This document shows positions 25,857 through 37,348 of a DNA stretch of 64,000 bases, piece by piece. Positions within the stretch are counted from its first letter, which is position 1. Every line of letters begins with the position of its first letter. The stretch comes from Toensbergia leucococca (taxonomy: Eukaryota), in contig JALDZS010000028.1 of assembly GCA_022813965.1 (NCBI GenBank), forward strand, positions 62,001 to 126,000, read 5' to 3'. Under the pieces are notes generated by a model. It was given only the letters and a program-made list of their open reading frames with translations, did no database searches and was not told the origin of the DNA. A program made the position numbers and the translations under genes.

Positions 25857-28800
25857 ATGGCTTCCATGTTTCAATCTCTTCATGGTGTCCTTCAAAAAAG
25901 GTCGAGTGCAGTAGGTCGCATCACCGCGTCTGCTCATGATCAAGAGTCTAATGCAGTATACCACAATAGCCTCCGCCGACCTCCAACTCTCTCTCGGGTC
26001 TCGTCTCCACCTTGATCCCAGTCTTGATCGTTGCTGGAGTTATGACACTCGCTTTTTTGGTTCTTAGACGCTCTCACCGTCGCCAATACTCGCCCCGAAG
26101 TTATTTAAGCTCTCTTCGTCCGCAGTACGTCGTAATATGGGACTACTTTGTCAGATATGAAAACTGACAGCTGCTGCGCTAGGGAACGCTCCCCAGATCT
26201 ACCTAGTGGATTGTTGAATTGGTTTGGTGCATTCTTCGACATTCCCGACACCTATGCGCTTAATCATCAATCTCTTGATGCCTACTTACTTCTCCGATAC
26301 CTCAAAATAGCCACCACTATTTGTTTCGTTGGCTGCTGCATCACGTGGCCAGTCTTATTTCCCATCAATGCTACAGGCGGCGGTGGTGCCACCCAGTTGA
26401 ACATACTCAGCTTCTCTAACGTGGTCAACAAAAACAAATTATATGCCCACACCTTCATAGGATGGATCTATTTTGGTATGCTAATACTTGCAAGCATTTG
26501 GACATTAAAATTCGCTGACAAAATTCCAGGCTTCATCTTTTACATGGTTGCTCGTGAGAGTATCTATTACATCAATTTGCGTCAAGCTTACCTCCTTTCA
26601 CCGCTCTATGCCAATCGTATGTCTTCTAGGACTGTTTTGTTCACCTCTGTGCCAGCAGAATATCTTGATGAAGTCAAGCTCCGACGCATGTTCGGCAACA
26701 AACTGAAAAATCTTTGGATCGCTACCGATTGCGAACAGGTCGGAGACTTGGTAGAATGGCGTGACAAAGTTGCCATGAAGCTTGAGGCGGCAGAAACCAA
26801 GTTGATTAAGATGGCAAATGCCGCTCGTCTAAAGTCCATGAAAAAGGGAGGAGCACACGAAGAAGAGAACGCTGGAATTACAGCTGATGGAGATGGAGAA
26901 TCTGGATCTGCGGCTGCGAGATGGATCAAACCAAAAGATAGGCCAACTCACCGTCTCAAAATGATCATTGGCAAAAAGGTCGATACAATCAATTGGTCCA
27001 GATCTGAGCTTGAACGGGTCATCCCAAACGTCGAGGCTCTTCAGGCAAAACACAGATCCGGGGAAGCCTCTTTCATTGGCAGTGTGTTTGTTGAATTTTA
27101 TACCCAGTCTGAAGCCCAAGCAGCGTATCAAATGTAAGCCTTATTGTTGTTCGGTGGTCGACGCACACGCTGATATTCTCCTCCCAGGCTTGCCCACCAC
27201 CAAGCACTGCAAATGACGCCTCGATTTATCGGAGTGAACCCCAATGAAGTCATCTGGAAAAACCTGAAGATCACATGGTAGGTGCGCTGTACCCCCGTCA
27301 TGCATCCTCAGCTAATGATGTTAGGTGGAAGCGAATTGTGATGAACATTGCTACGATTGGTTTCGTGGCGGCACTTATCATTTTCTGGGCCATACCTGTG
27401 GCACTTGTAGGCATCATTTCAAACGTCAACAGTCTCATCGCAATAGCACCATGGTTGAGCTGGATCAACGACATCCCATCAGTCATCCTTGGTGTTGTGA
27501 CTGGTACGTCTAATGTTAATGAAACAACCTTGGTTCTTCAATTCTAATTTGGTACCAGGTCTACTGCCTTCGGTAATGCTGGCTGTTTTGATGGCCCTAC
27601 TGCCCATCATCTTGAGACTGATGGCTAAACTTGCGGGACTTCCAACTTTGGGTGCCGTCGAACTCAGGACGCAGAACTCTTATTTTGCATTTCAAGTCAT
27701 TCAAGTCTTCCTTGTGACAACCGTGGCTTCGTCAGCCTCTGCTGTTGGTGCACAAATCGCCAAGGATCCATCCAGTGCCACCACTTTGCTTGCCGAGGAT
27801 CTTCCCAAATCTGCCAATTTCTATATTTCTTTCTTCATTGTTCAAGGCCTGACTATCAGCTCCGGAGCCTTGTTACAGATTGTTGGTCTTATCCTTTCCC
27901 GTGTGCTCAGCAAGTTGTTCGACTCTACTCCCAGAAAGATGTACAACAGATTTGCTACCCTATCTGGCTTGGGATGGGGAACTGTCTTTCCGGTCTGGAC
28001 TAATTTGGCTGTCGTTGCCATTACCTACAGCTTAATTGCACCTTTGATGCTGGGATTCGCCACCGTCGGTCTATATCTGATCTACGTTGCAACCCGCTAT
28101 AATGTGATCTTCACATCAACCAGTACTATCGATACGCAAGGAGCAGTGTACCCAAGGGCGTTGCAACAAACGACTACGGGTTGTTATCTCGCTATAGTGT
28201 GCATGATTGGCCTGTTCGGTATCAAAACCGCAATTGGACCCCTAGTCCTCATGGTCATATTCCTTGTCTTCTGCATTCTGTTCCACTTGTCTCTTAACAG
28301 CGCCATTGCCGATCCTATCAAATATCTCCCGAAATCATTGGAAGCAGAAGAAGAAGCTTTACTCTCTGTGGAAGACGGGGTGACAAATGAGAAACCCATT
28401 TCTACCGCCGGCAGCAAATCCACAGATGGTAAAAATGGCTCTTCTGGTGCAGTCACAGAAAAGGGGCTTCCTCCTGCTCCATACAAGAAACCGAACTTCC
28501 TCGTTAAATGGCTATTGCCAACCAAGTATTGCGATTATCAGACTCTCCGCCGTCTCGTACCTCGTAATTTCGGCGATGTTTCCTCCTACGATCCCGAGAC
28601 AGAGCGTAATGCATACTATAACCCTGCCGTCGCATCTCCCACACCTTTACTCTGGATCCCGCGCGATAGTATGGGAATCAGCAGGCAGGAGGTTAGACAC
28701 ACAAGTCGAATCATTCCAATTACGGATGACGGGGCGAGCTTGGATGAGAAGAACAAGATTGTTTGGAACAACGAGGATAATCCTCCTATCTACCAGGGTA

Positions 28801-28865
28801 TGTTTCATCCATCTTTTAGTTTGGCATTTATACTGAATCTGTCTGCAGAGAAAATCTATTACTAG
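25857..28865 (+). CDS. OSCA/TMEM63 (CSC1/Rsn1/Phm7, DUF221) stress-gated cation channel
   Basis: LDAYLLLRYL, VLFPINATGG, SSRTVLFTSVP, RPTHRL, FVEFYTQSEAQAA, FWAIPVA, YFAFQVIQVFLV and NFYISFFIVQGL; multi-exon. Confidence 0.95.
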
Positions 28866-29204
28866 TCGTAGGCATCCTTCCCAGTTGCCTCACTTCCTAC
28901 GTGTCATTCAACCTCGAAGGATGGAGAAGCGAATCCTACTTCTAGCACTTGCGTTTAGTGTTCGGATCAAGCGTCAGAAGGGCCTGTTCCGTTGCGTTAA
29001 ATCATCTTCTCTTCTGGATAATTCAAGTTGAATTAGGGAGTCTTTGAGATACCACATCATAGCGGCTGAAATTCGGTTTCTTGGATTGCTACTTTCCCAC
29101 CTTTTCTATCTTCCTTTCCCTCAGCGCGTCACGATAAGGTTTCTGACTACCTAGTTTAGCTTTATAAAGTTGGGTTGTTAAATCAATAATAATTTTTTGA
29201 GGGT

Positions 29205-29880
29205 CTACTCATACCGTCACAACTTGAACTGACTTGATTGATCATCTAACTACGTCTAGGCTGAAATTAGCTAAGCAAGTTGCTTATATTTTACTTTCAG
29301 CTCAGTCAATACCTTTACCCTCATGATTAACTTTCTGATTAAACTGTGTCAATGAGTCATTTAAGTGATCAAAGAACAGTTTGTGACATTTATTTGAGTC
29401 TTCTCAGTAAGTTACAGCTAGTCACTTTAATAAGCACAATCTCAGAAGACTGATAAAGGGGTAATCAAGCCTCTAAAGAACTTTTGTTTAAGAATGTAGC
29501 AGAAAATAAATACAGTCTGTAAACTTGAGTTGACAATCAGTGATGAATCTAAAGTTTCTTAGTACTCTGTCAGAGTATGATCTATAGATAATGCAGAATT
29601 GACTAAAATTTTCAAAGGGGCAAGACTGTTTTATGAGAGTGAATTTGAGAATGATCAGCTTACTTAGTTATTCTTATCAGATCAGTGTACATGTGATGCT
29701 AGCTGTGAGATCTAGAATCAGGTTGAAAATTAGGGGTCAATATATGATACTGCAAAACACATTGACGCATGTAAAGATTACTAACGTCATCATTTTAGAG
29801 ACTTTAAAACAGTCTCACTCTTAAGAAAGAGAAATAAGTCAGTGAGTTCTCATTGATACTGATACTGTCATAGTGATCTA
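29205..29880 (+). pseudogene. AT-rich, CpG-poor decayed sequence (RIP-like relic)
   Basis: Clearly more AT-rich than its flanks. One frame from 29521 reads as protein broken by TAG/TGA stops (KLELTISDESKVS*YSVRV*SIDNAELTKIFKGARLFYESEFENDQLT*). Confidence 0.4.
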
Positions 29881-30204
29881 AGCAGGTCTGCATTCCTCAA
29901 CTTGAATGCCGTTTCCCTCATTCTTCGTTCTGTTTCTTTCTATCCTTCTTATCAGTAGTCTCGTACGACCTCAGATCAGTGTATATAAGAAAAAGATGGA
30001 TTCTAGCATATTATCTCGACTCTGGATGCTGCCGGTGAAGTCCCGATCGCATCTGACTTGGTGATAGGAGGTACGGCGGTGGGTATTTGACGCAGAGAAA
30101 CGTGTGGTTGAAGTAGTGCCTGACTTTTTCAATTGGTGTTCGCGTTGCGCGTCCCATTTGGGGAAGACCTCCGTGCTATTTTGACCTCTGCTGATTTTCA
30201 AATG

Positions 30205-32648
30205 CTAAGTTTGGGCCTGACGTATCAGCGGTTTGCCCCGGCTGCCGGCGACCTGGGCCCATGACCTTGTTGGCTGTTGAGTATTTTTCCCTTTCGCCGG
30301 TGCCAGGTCAGGTAATGAGGGTCTCGAAGAATCACCCCCCGAATCTGAGGAGGCTTGATAATCTCTTTGAGCTTTTTCCGCAACCAATTTCTTGGTGTTT
30401 TGCCCTTTTACTGGTGCCAGTTCGTGTTTGGAGGGTCTGAAAAAAACAATTCCCGAGTCTAAAGATGCTTCATAATCTCTTTGAGCCTTTTCCACAATCT
30501 GTTTTTGTTTGCTCTCGCTTTGCGCCAGGATTGGGACTAGGTCTTTTGGAACGGGAGTCATTAGCTTGAACTTTTCTGAGAATTTTTTCAGCATTTTGTT
30601 TAGGGCTGCTTTTTCAGATTTGATTCGGTCAGCCCTGTCGGTAGATTTTGCCGATGCTTCTTCTTGCTGACTTCGGTCGGCCCCAGATTTTTTCAAACTG
30701 CGCGAGATATACACGGCTACTGAGGTATGCCCGTTCCTTCTTGCAACGCCTTCTGGTGTATGTCCATTCCTGTCCCAGACCGAGTTATCTGAGCCCGCCT
30801 TCATGAGCATTTCCGCCACACCTGAATGCCCGTTCTGGGCCGCCCAGTGGAGAGATGTCCTTTGGTAGCTTGTGTCTTGAATATCGGGAGCTGCATGGAA
30901 TTCTAGGAGCAATTGAACGATATCTAGGTTGCCAATCTCTGCAGCGTAAGACAATGCCGTTCTCCCATGTAAATCTGTTTTATTGAAATCGATCATATAG
31001 CCAGAGAGGGCACGAACGTTAACTACACGGGAAGCTTTGACTGCATAGTGAAGCGGTGTACTTTGGTCGAGATCGGTTTGATTCACATTGGCACCAGATT
31101 TTAGAAGCATCGTGACGAAATCCGAGTTTTCATCTTTTGCAGCTAGGCAAAGCACTGGAGCACGATTTGAATCATCTTGGGTAGTATTTGGGTCCACGCC
31201 TTCCAACCCCAATGCCATGCGAGCAAGATCGGCGTCCCTTCCGTATATAGCGCTGAATAGAGTCCGATTTGGAAATGTGAGGTTAGAGACAGAAGAGGGC
31301 AGAACGCTAATTGGATCTGAAATGGGAGCAGCCCTTTTCTTTTCGGAGAACGAATGCTGTTCCGCTAAATAGTAGAGCCGAAGCGCGTTTGGTCGAATCT
31401 GGGGTTGGAAAGACAAGCAAGCCGCAATACAGGCACGAAGCTGATCAGAATAGCGATCAGGCAGAGGATCGTACACGTCTGAATTAGATTCCATGTGATA
31501 CCGAAAAGGTGGTCCGAGGCTACAAAGGGCATAAAGGGTGCCTGAAGACCATTAGAATTCGAACAGATTCCAGAAAATTCAAGCGAGAAAGACTTGCAGC
31601 CAAGAGAAAACATATCGCAGTGCTCGGTCCAGTGGATTGCCTGATGGCTCATACGATTGATCTCCTGGTCGAGTTTTAGTGAAAAGACGTAAGCCACAGA
31701 CACGACTGAAATAAGTTTGGAGAGCGGCAAATTGGAACAAAAGGGTAGGGTGCCGAGTTGGACACTAGACCTCGAAGTTTCATGGGTCAAAGTGAAGATT
31801 GGTAAATATGAAGAGGAGTCCAGTGCGGTGCATTGTGCATTCATGCTCGAGATTTACATGAAGAGATTTAACTCACTGGAGCCAAGTACGGTGCTGTTCC
31901 TGCGTAAGTATCGGGTGCTGCACTTTCCTGGAGGACATAGCCTAGGCCAAAATCTCCAAGCCTAACAGCATCGTTTGCAGTCTCTGAACGATTCGAAAGA
32001 AAAACTAGTCATACTCAGCATTTATCAAGATTGATCTTGCTGTAGGCAGAAAGAGCTTACCATTGGCAGGCTTGATATCTCGGTGTAACACTGGATTCCA
32101 TTGCATTGTATTGCGTCTGTCCGATGAGACTTTGCCTTCGTCGTCCGCCTGGAGGCCGAGGTGGCAGTATAGCAATGCAGCAGCTAGTTGAAAGCACACA
32201 TTCCAGATGTAGTGCTCGGAGACATGTACCTGATTCCTGCGCAGGCTAAGCCTCCATTTGAACCAGATGCATTGGGATCTTTACTTGACATTCTCATCAA
32301 TGAGATCTTGTAGGCTCCCTCCTTCACAATACTCCATATAGATTTTTGCTTTGTGAGGCTGCCATTCTATATCATGCTGCTTGATAATATTTGGATGTTG
32401 TAATTGTGTAAGGATGGCACATTCTCGTTCCACGGTAGCTTTCGAGGCCGTCTCTGGATTGCCGTATTGAATGCTTTTGCAGGCGAGAATCTGGTAAAAC
32501 TGTCAGTCTTGAGGCCATAACAATGCACGTCTGGAAAACATACTTTTCCATCCTCCCGTCGCCTGACCTTCTGAACCCATCCGAATTTGCCACTCCCGAT
32601 GAACCTCTCTGCTTTAGGCAGCTTTTCATAGCTACTCGTCGCCTGCAT
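30205..32648 (-). CDS. NEK/NimA-like Ser/Thr kinase + 5-6 ankyrin repeats + Pbp1-like C-terminal motif (6 exons)
   Basis: Spliced motifs IGSGKFGWV, ILACK, ERECAIL..HPNII, MEYCEGGSL, HRDIKPAN, LGDFGL, GTAPYLAP|E and DMFSLGC|TLY. Ankyrin repeats TPLHYA, TALSYAA and TSLHWAAQNGH. Confidence 0.9.
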
Positions 32649-33057
32649 CAGAAGAGCTTAGTGGTTCTAAGTCCTTGTCGGTCATTGGCGGCTACTACAG
32701 TCACAAGAAAACAAGATAGATAAGGAAATCGTGTTGCAATGATGACAATGCAAGTCACGAACACTTGATGGAAGATTCGAAGACAGAAGCTCGAAGCCTC
32801 GCAGTTGGCAGTGGGGTGCTTGTGAGGCTGTGTTGGCGCCAGTGGCTGAAGTGGTTTGGAAAGTTTTCTTCTTGGCCTAGCCCGGCCATCTCTCCCTCAT
32901 CCCCTCATGATGCCCAGGCTCCAGCTAAGGAGGCTCTACCTACTTTAGGTCATGGAACTACTCGAGTGTCTAGATATCCGTACCAGCAAATACTACTCTG
33001 ATCGCCATCTATCCTCGGAACCGACTTCCAAGTACACCGGCTCAACTAGTCAACACA

Positions 33058-34587
33058 ATGGCTGACATCATTCTTGCAGCGGTTGGTTTGGGAGTCGCCG
33101 TTCCTGGCCTTGTTATCGGCTTTGCCGAGTGTGGTGTGTATATAAAAGCACGAGTGGACCAGTTCAATAACGCACCATCAACCGTACTGGAACTTGGGAA
33201 ATTTGCCCAAGACTTATCTACAGGCGGCCTTAAAGAACAGTTGAATTTGGCTGCGTGGGCACACTCCAGAAACGATATTGATGATACTCTCAAAGCTTCC
33301 ATTGAAGACCAAGTCGAAAGACTGCGTACTGCCCTAATTGCTGCCGACAAAGCGCTCGACAAGCTCTTTGACAAGGATGGACGAGTCAAGAGAACCTATT
33401 TCGTGTTTATTGGACAGAGGAAGATGAAATTAATCATAGAGAACCTCGAACAATTGCACAAATCTTTCTGGAGGTCAATCTCATTGATAGAAATGAGGGT
33501 AAGAGTCTTACCGGATCCTCTGTTCCTATCCACCTCTCATTTCAAGACCTACACACAGACCGACGGCGAGTACTGCTCTCAACTCGAGCCTCAGTCCCAT
33601 CTATGGCGTGCCAAAGGCCAATTGCTCGATGAGAAGGTGCGAGAAGTAAACGTGATTATCGAGCAGAAACGGAAAATCACTACTGGCTTAGATGAAGTCA
33701 AAGACATTGCTTCTTGTCTTTCGCAACAGGCATCATCAGGGCTGCAGCCTAATGGCACCTTGAAATGTTTAGGTTATCGAGAGTCACCGAATTTAGAGCT
33801 GATTTTTGAAATACCGAAAAATTTTGACTTTGAAAATCTGCAGACACTCGAAGGTGTCATCTTAAATGATGTAAACAAAGGTTATGGAGGAGCTAGGCCC
33901 CTGGATCACCGCTTCCGACTGTCATTGCAGATCGCAGAGGCCGTGTTGATGGTACACACCTTGAATCGTGTTCACAAAAATCTCCGCCCGGATACAATCT
34001 TAATGCTTCGATCCTTGGAAAGTGCGACGGATAACGTAGATTTCGGAGTGCCGTTTCTCACAAACTGGATCATGCTACGCAAAATCGATGCACCATCTTC
34101 AATGGTTGGTGAGAATGACTGGCTTCGAGATATGTATCGACATCCCCGGCGGCAGGGCCTGCAACCAGAAGAAAGATATAATATGGGTCACGATATCTAC
34201 AGTCTTGGCGTCTGTCTTCTCGAAATTGGGCTTTGGGAACCGCTGATAAGTACGTGCGAGGGTAAGCGTCTACCATGTGCATGGTATGTGGCGATGGCTC
34301 TCAAGATTGGCTGCATCAAGCATGGGGAAACAGAGAATATCAAGCTTCTCACAAAGCCAATAGTAATGAGGAAAACTCTAGTAGCTCTTGCTCAACAAGA
34401 GCTACCTTCTCGAATGGGTATGGCGTTCGCTGAGATGGTTATTTCTTGTCTTACCTGCCTCGAGGGAGGATTCGGAGATGTCGGTGAATTTGAAGAGAAC
34501 AAGATAGCCATTGGTTTGAAATTTGATGAAATGATAATACAACCATTGTCGAAACTTTCAACATGTTTCCATTCAGGGGGCATATAG
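33058..34587 (+). CDS. HeLo/HeLo-like N-terminal domain + pseudokinase
   Basis: Hydrophobic Gly-containing N-terminal helix MADIILAAVGLGVAVPGLVIGF and ~150 aa of helical-looking sequence. Kinase-like C-lobe RFRLSLQIAEAVLMVH..HKNLRPDTIL..YRHP..DIYSLGVCLLEIGLW, lacking the HRD Asp and DFG. Confidence 0.8.
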   Translation: MADIILAAVGLGVAVPGLVIGFAECGVYIKARVDQFNNAPSTVLELGKFAQDLSTGGLKEQLNLAAWAHSRNDIDDTLKASIEDQVERLRTALIAADKALDKLFDKDGRVKRTYFVFIGQRKMKLIIENLEQLHKSFWRSISLIEMRVRVLPDPLFLSTSHFKTYTQTDGEYCSQLEPQSHLWRAKGQLLDEKVREVNVIIEQKRKITTGLDEVKDIASCLSQQASSGLQPNGTLKCLGYRESPNLELIFEIPKNFDFENLQTLEGVILNDVNKGYGGARPLDHRFRLSLQIAEAVLMVHTLNRVHKNLRPDTILMLRSLESATDNVDFGVPFLTNWIMLRKIDAPSSMVGENDWLRDMYRHPRRQGLQPEERYNMGHDIYSLGVCLLEIGLWEPLISTCEGKRLPCAWYVAMALKIGCIKHGETENIKLLTKPIVMRKTLVALAQQELPSRMGMAFAEMVISCLTCLEGGFGDVGEFEENKIAIGLKFDEMIIQPLSKLSTCFHSGGI

Positions 34588-35938
34588 GCTCTGGAGTCGA
34601 AGAGTTTGCCGAAGACATCCTTTGATTGCTGTTATGTTGTCAATACACCCTTGACAGAAGGCTTCTGGATTTGGAAAGTCCACTATCAAGCACGAGGATA
34701 TTCGACATGAAAATGACATTTTGTCTGAATTCCGTACCAATTGGTATACAAGATACTATTGTATTCACAAGACATGATTCGATTCAGCCTTCAGACAACA
34801 CAGGGGTTAAAACTCTAGTCTTATATAAAATTAGATACGGTACATTTTTTTCCAGAGACCCGTTGCTGAGAATTTCTTACTCAATTGTTGTTTGACTGAC
34901 TGCTACGTAAGTAATAGAATTGGTCCCGGCGCCCAGTCATGTCTCTACTGTATGGTCAACGGTCTAGAATCAATTATTTGTGCCTGCTCGCGATTTCTCA
35001 CGCTTTCGAAAACTCTACCAATATCCGACGACTCAGAACATCAAGGCTCAGATAGCGGGTCTGTTAAAGGTTGAATTTAGTGTTGAGGTTCAGTGGCTGA
35101 CTTTACTGACCACGATATTCCTCTTTACTTTTCTCCTCAACTCTGGCTCCTTCTATCCTCGCTTTGATACATTTTCATTGCCTGCTCCCTCTCCACCCTA
35201 AAAAGCTTTTGCCGCATCTTAGATCTCAAGCGAGTCCACTTCGTTCCCCACCTCTCCACTAAACTCGTCTCTTCTCAGGCTAAGAGGACTAATGTACTCT
35301 TTTTCTCGGAGTCATACAATTTTGCCCAAATTCAGACCACGCAGAGCGAATCAGGTCGAAGTCACAGATAGAAAATTTGTACCAGCTCTTAAAATAATAC
35401 CATTGGCCTTGAGAAACGCAATAACCCTCAGAACCACGCAAGAAAATCTATATACGCTAGAACAACGCTATTATTCCTTACAACCGGCCTTCCATATCCG
35501 CCATAACAACAGTCTGCATTTCTTGAGCTCGCAAGCTCAAACTCATCTCTTTCGGTCCAATTCTCTCTCAGACAATACAACTTAAAAGGCTTCGCTCCCC
35601 CAGCTGATAAAGTCAGAAAAAACATTAATTTGCATGTGTCTTTCACCAAAGACAGATTCTATCTAGTGAAAGACTAGATATCACATTGCCTCTCTTATGA
35701 ATTCTTCAGGACCAAACTTTGCAAAGAACTTTGATCATGAAGAAGAGGAACATTGAAATTTGGGTTAGATTAAAAAACACAAAGCTGCGATTATTATGCA
35801 TAAGCCCGAGGAGTGAAAATCTCAACATATAAGAATTACATTTATACAACCGCCTTCCTCAACCCCACAAAGCCTCAAATTGAAAAGGCCTCTGACGGAT
35901 CAAAGTCCACACCCACCACACCAACCAAAAGAAAAGCC

Positions 35939-36626
35939 ATGCACCTATTTACTCTCCTCCTCTCCCTCCTCACCCTCGCCCCAGCAGCAACAACAGCCTA
36001 CGATACCCTCTCCCGCAGCTACTGCTTCTGCAAGCGTGGCTCGCAAGACGCCTCCCTCCTAACCATTCGCTACCACAACAGCCACCTCAAGCAAACCTTC
36101 GCCTGGACCGAACCCTGCATCGACGACACCAAACCCCCAAACGACCACGGGTAAGAAAAGAAAAACCCTCCCCCCCACCCAACCCAACCCCCTCAAAAAA
36201 AGCAAAGGGGGTTTCCCGAAACTAACACCACGCCCCCAAAACCCCAGCCTCTGCACCCCCCAAACAACAAACTACGGCGCCACCCACTGCCACACCTTCC
36301 CCTCCACCACCCGCCAACCCTCCAACCCCAATACCCACCCCACCCACCCTCCCCACAGAATCTGCCTCAACAACCCCAGCCGCCAAACCCTGAACCACAT
36401 CTCCCTCAACAACCAATCCCGCGCCCTGGGGCCGTGGACAATGCACCACACGCGCTACGAGATGGACTGCACGTCGCAATGCCGGGCGCGGTTTGGAGAG
36501 CAATTGCCGGGGGTGGAGGGGGTTTGCAATGTTACTGCTGCGGATGGGAGGGTTTGGTTGGGGGCGGTGAAGGAGGAGAGGTGTCGGGTGGAGAGGTGGG
36601 GGTTTATTTGGGGGATGGGGGGGTAG
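35939..36626 (+). CDS. Secreted cysteine-rich protein (paralog B)
   Basis: Signal peptide MHLFTLLLSLLTLAPAATTA, then DTLSRSYCFC, a phase-2 intron from 36151 to about 36248, and HCHTF..C..NHISLN..DCTSQCR..VCNVT. Confidence 0.75.
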
Positions 36627-37242
36627 GTATTGGGGGCGTGAGGGGAATGGATCGGGAGGATGGTCTGGGGGGGTTTTGTTTGAGGAGGGGGATGGGAGGG
36701 TTGGTTCGTGGTTGCTTTGTTTTGAGGACCCTCGGGTCTGAAAGATTTGCTTCGGTGCGGGCTTGTTTCTTTGGGCATACATGCACCTTTCTTTGATGAG
36801 AGGAGAAGGAGAAGAGGAAGAAGGTAAGTGATAAATTGCGTACCGTCATATCTTTGCAAAGAGTTATACCGGTTATGACCTTACAGATCAAAAAGTCCTT
36901 CAAGTCACCAAAAAATCATGACTTGAATAAACCCTCACTTACGAAGTCAATCATACCTCAGATGTAGATTGCTAAGTATCTTTCGCAGCAAAATAAAACA
37001 CAATAACAAAACTAGCAGATTAAAAGATTCAAAATATCCTACCGAAATGATTACCTACCTACCCATGATACAACAACACTCAAAAGTCAAAATCCTTAGC
37101 AAATAAAAATATTGAATATCAAGAAAATCCCCATCCTAACCTCACAGTTCCCCCCCACTTATGAAAGTCCCCCAAGAAAGAAGACACCCGTCCGTCAACG
37201 CCACCCAAAAAAGAGAGTGAAAAAAAAGGGTATCATCCGCAC

Positions 37243-37272
37243 CAAACCCCAAACCCCAAACCCCAAACCCCC
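37243..37272. repeat. (AAACCCC)4 microsatellite
   Basis: aaacccc repeated four times downstream of LST4. Confidence 0.85.
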
Positions 37273-37348
37273 AACTAGCCCATAATCACAACACCAACAC
37301 CAACACCAGCGCCAAAAAAGATCCAAAAAAGCCAAAGACACAACACTC

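Noticed and set aside
36222..36903. Pro-rich minus-strand ORFs of 99-186 aa
   Set aside because: Artefacts of the G/C skew; the plus-strand spliced gene explains the region.
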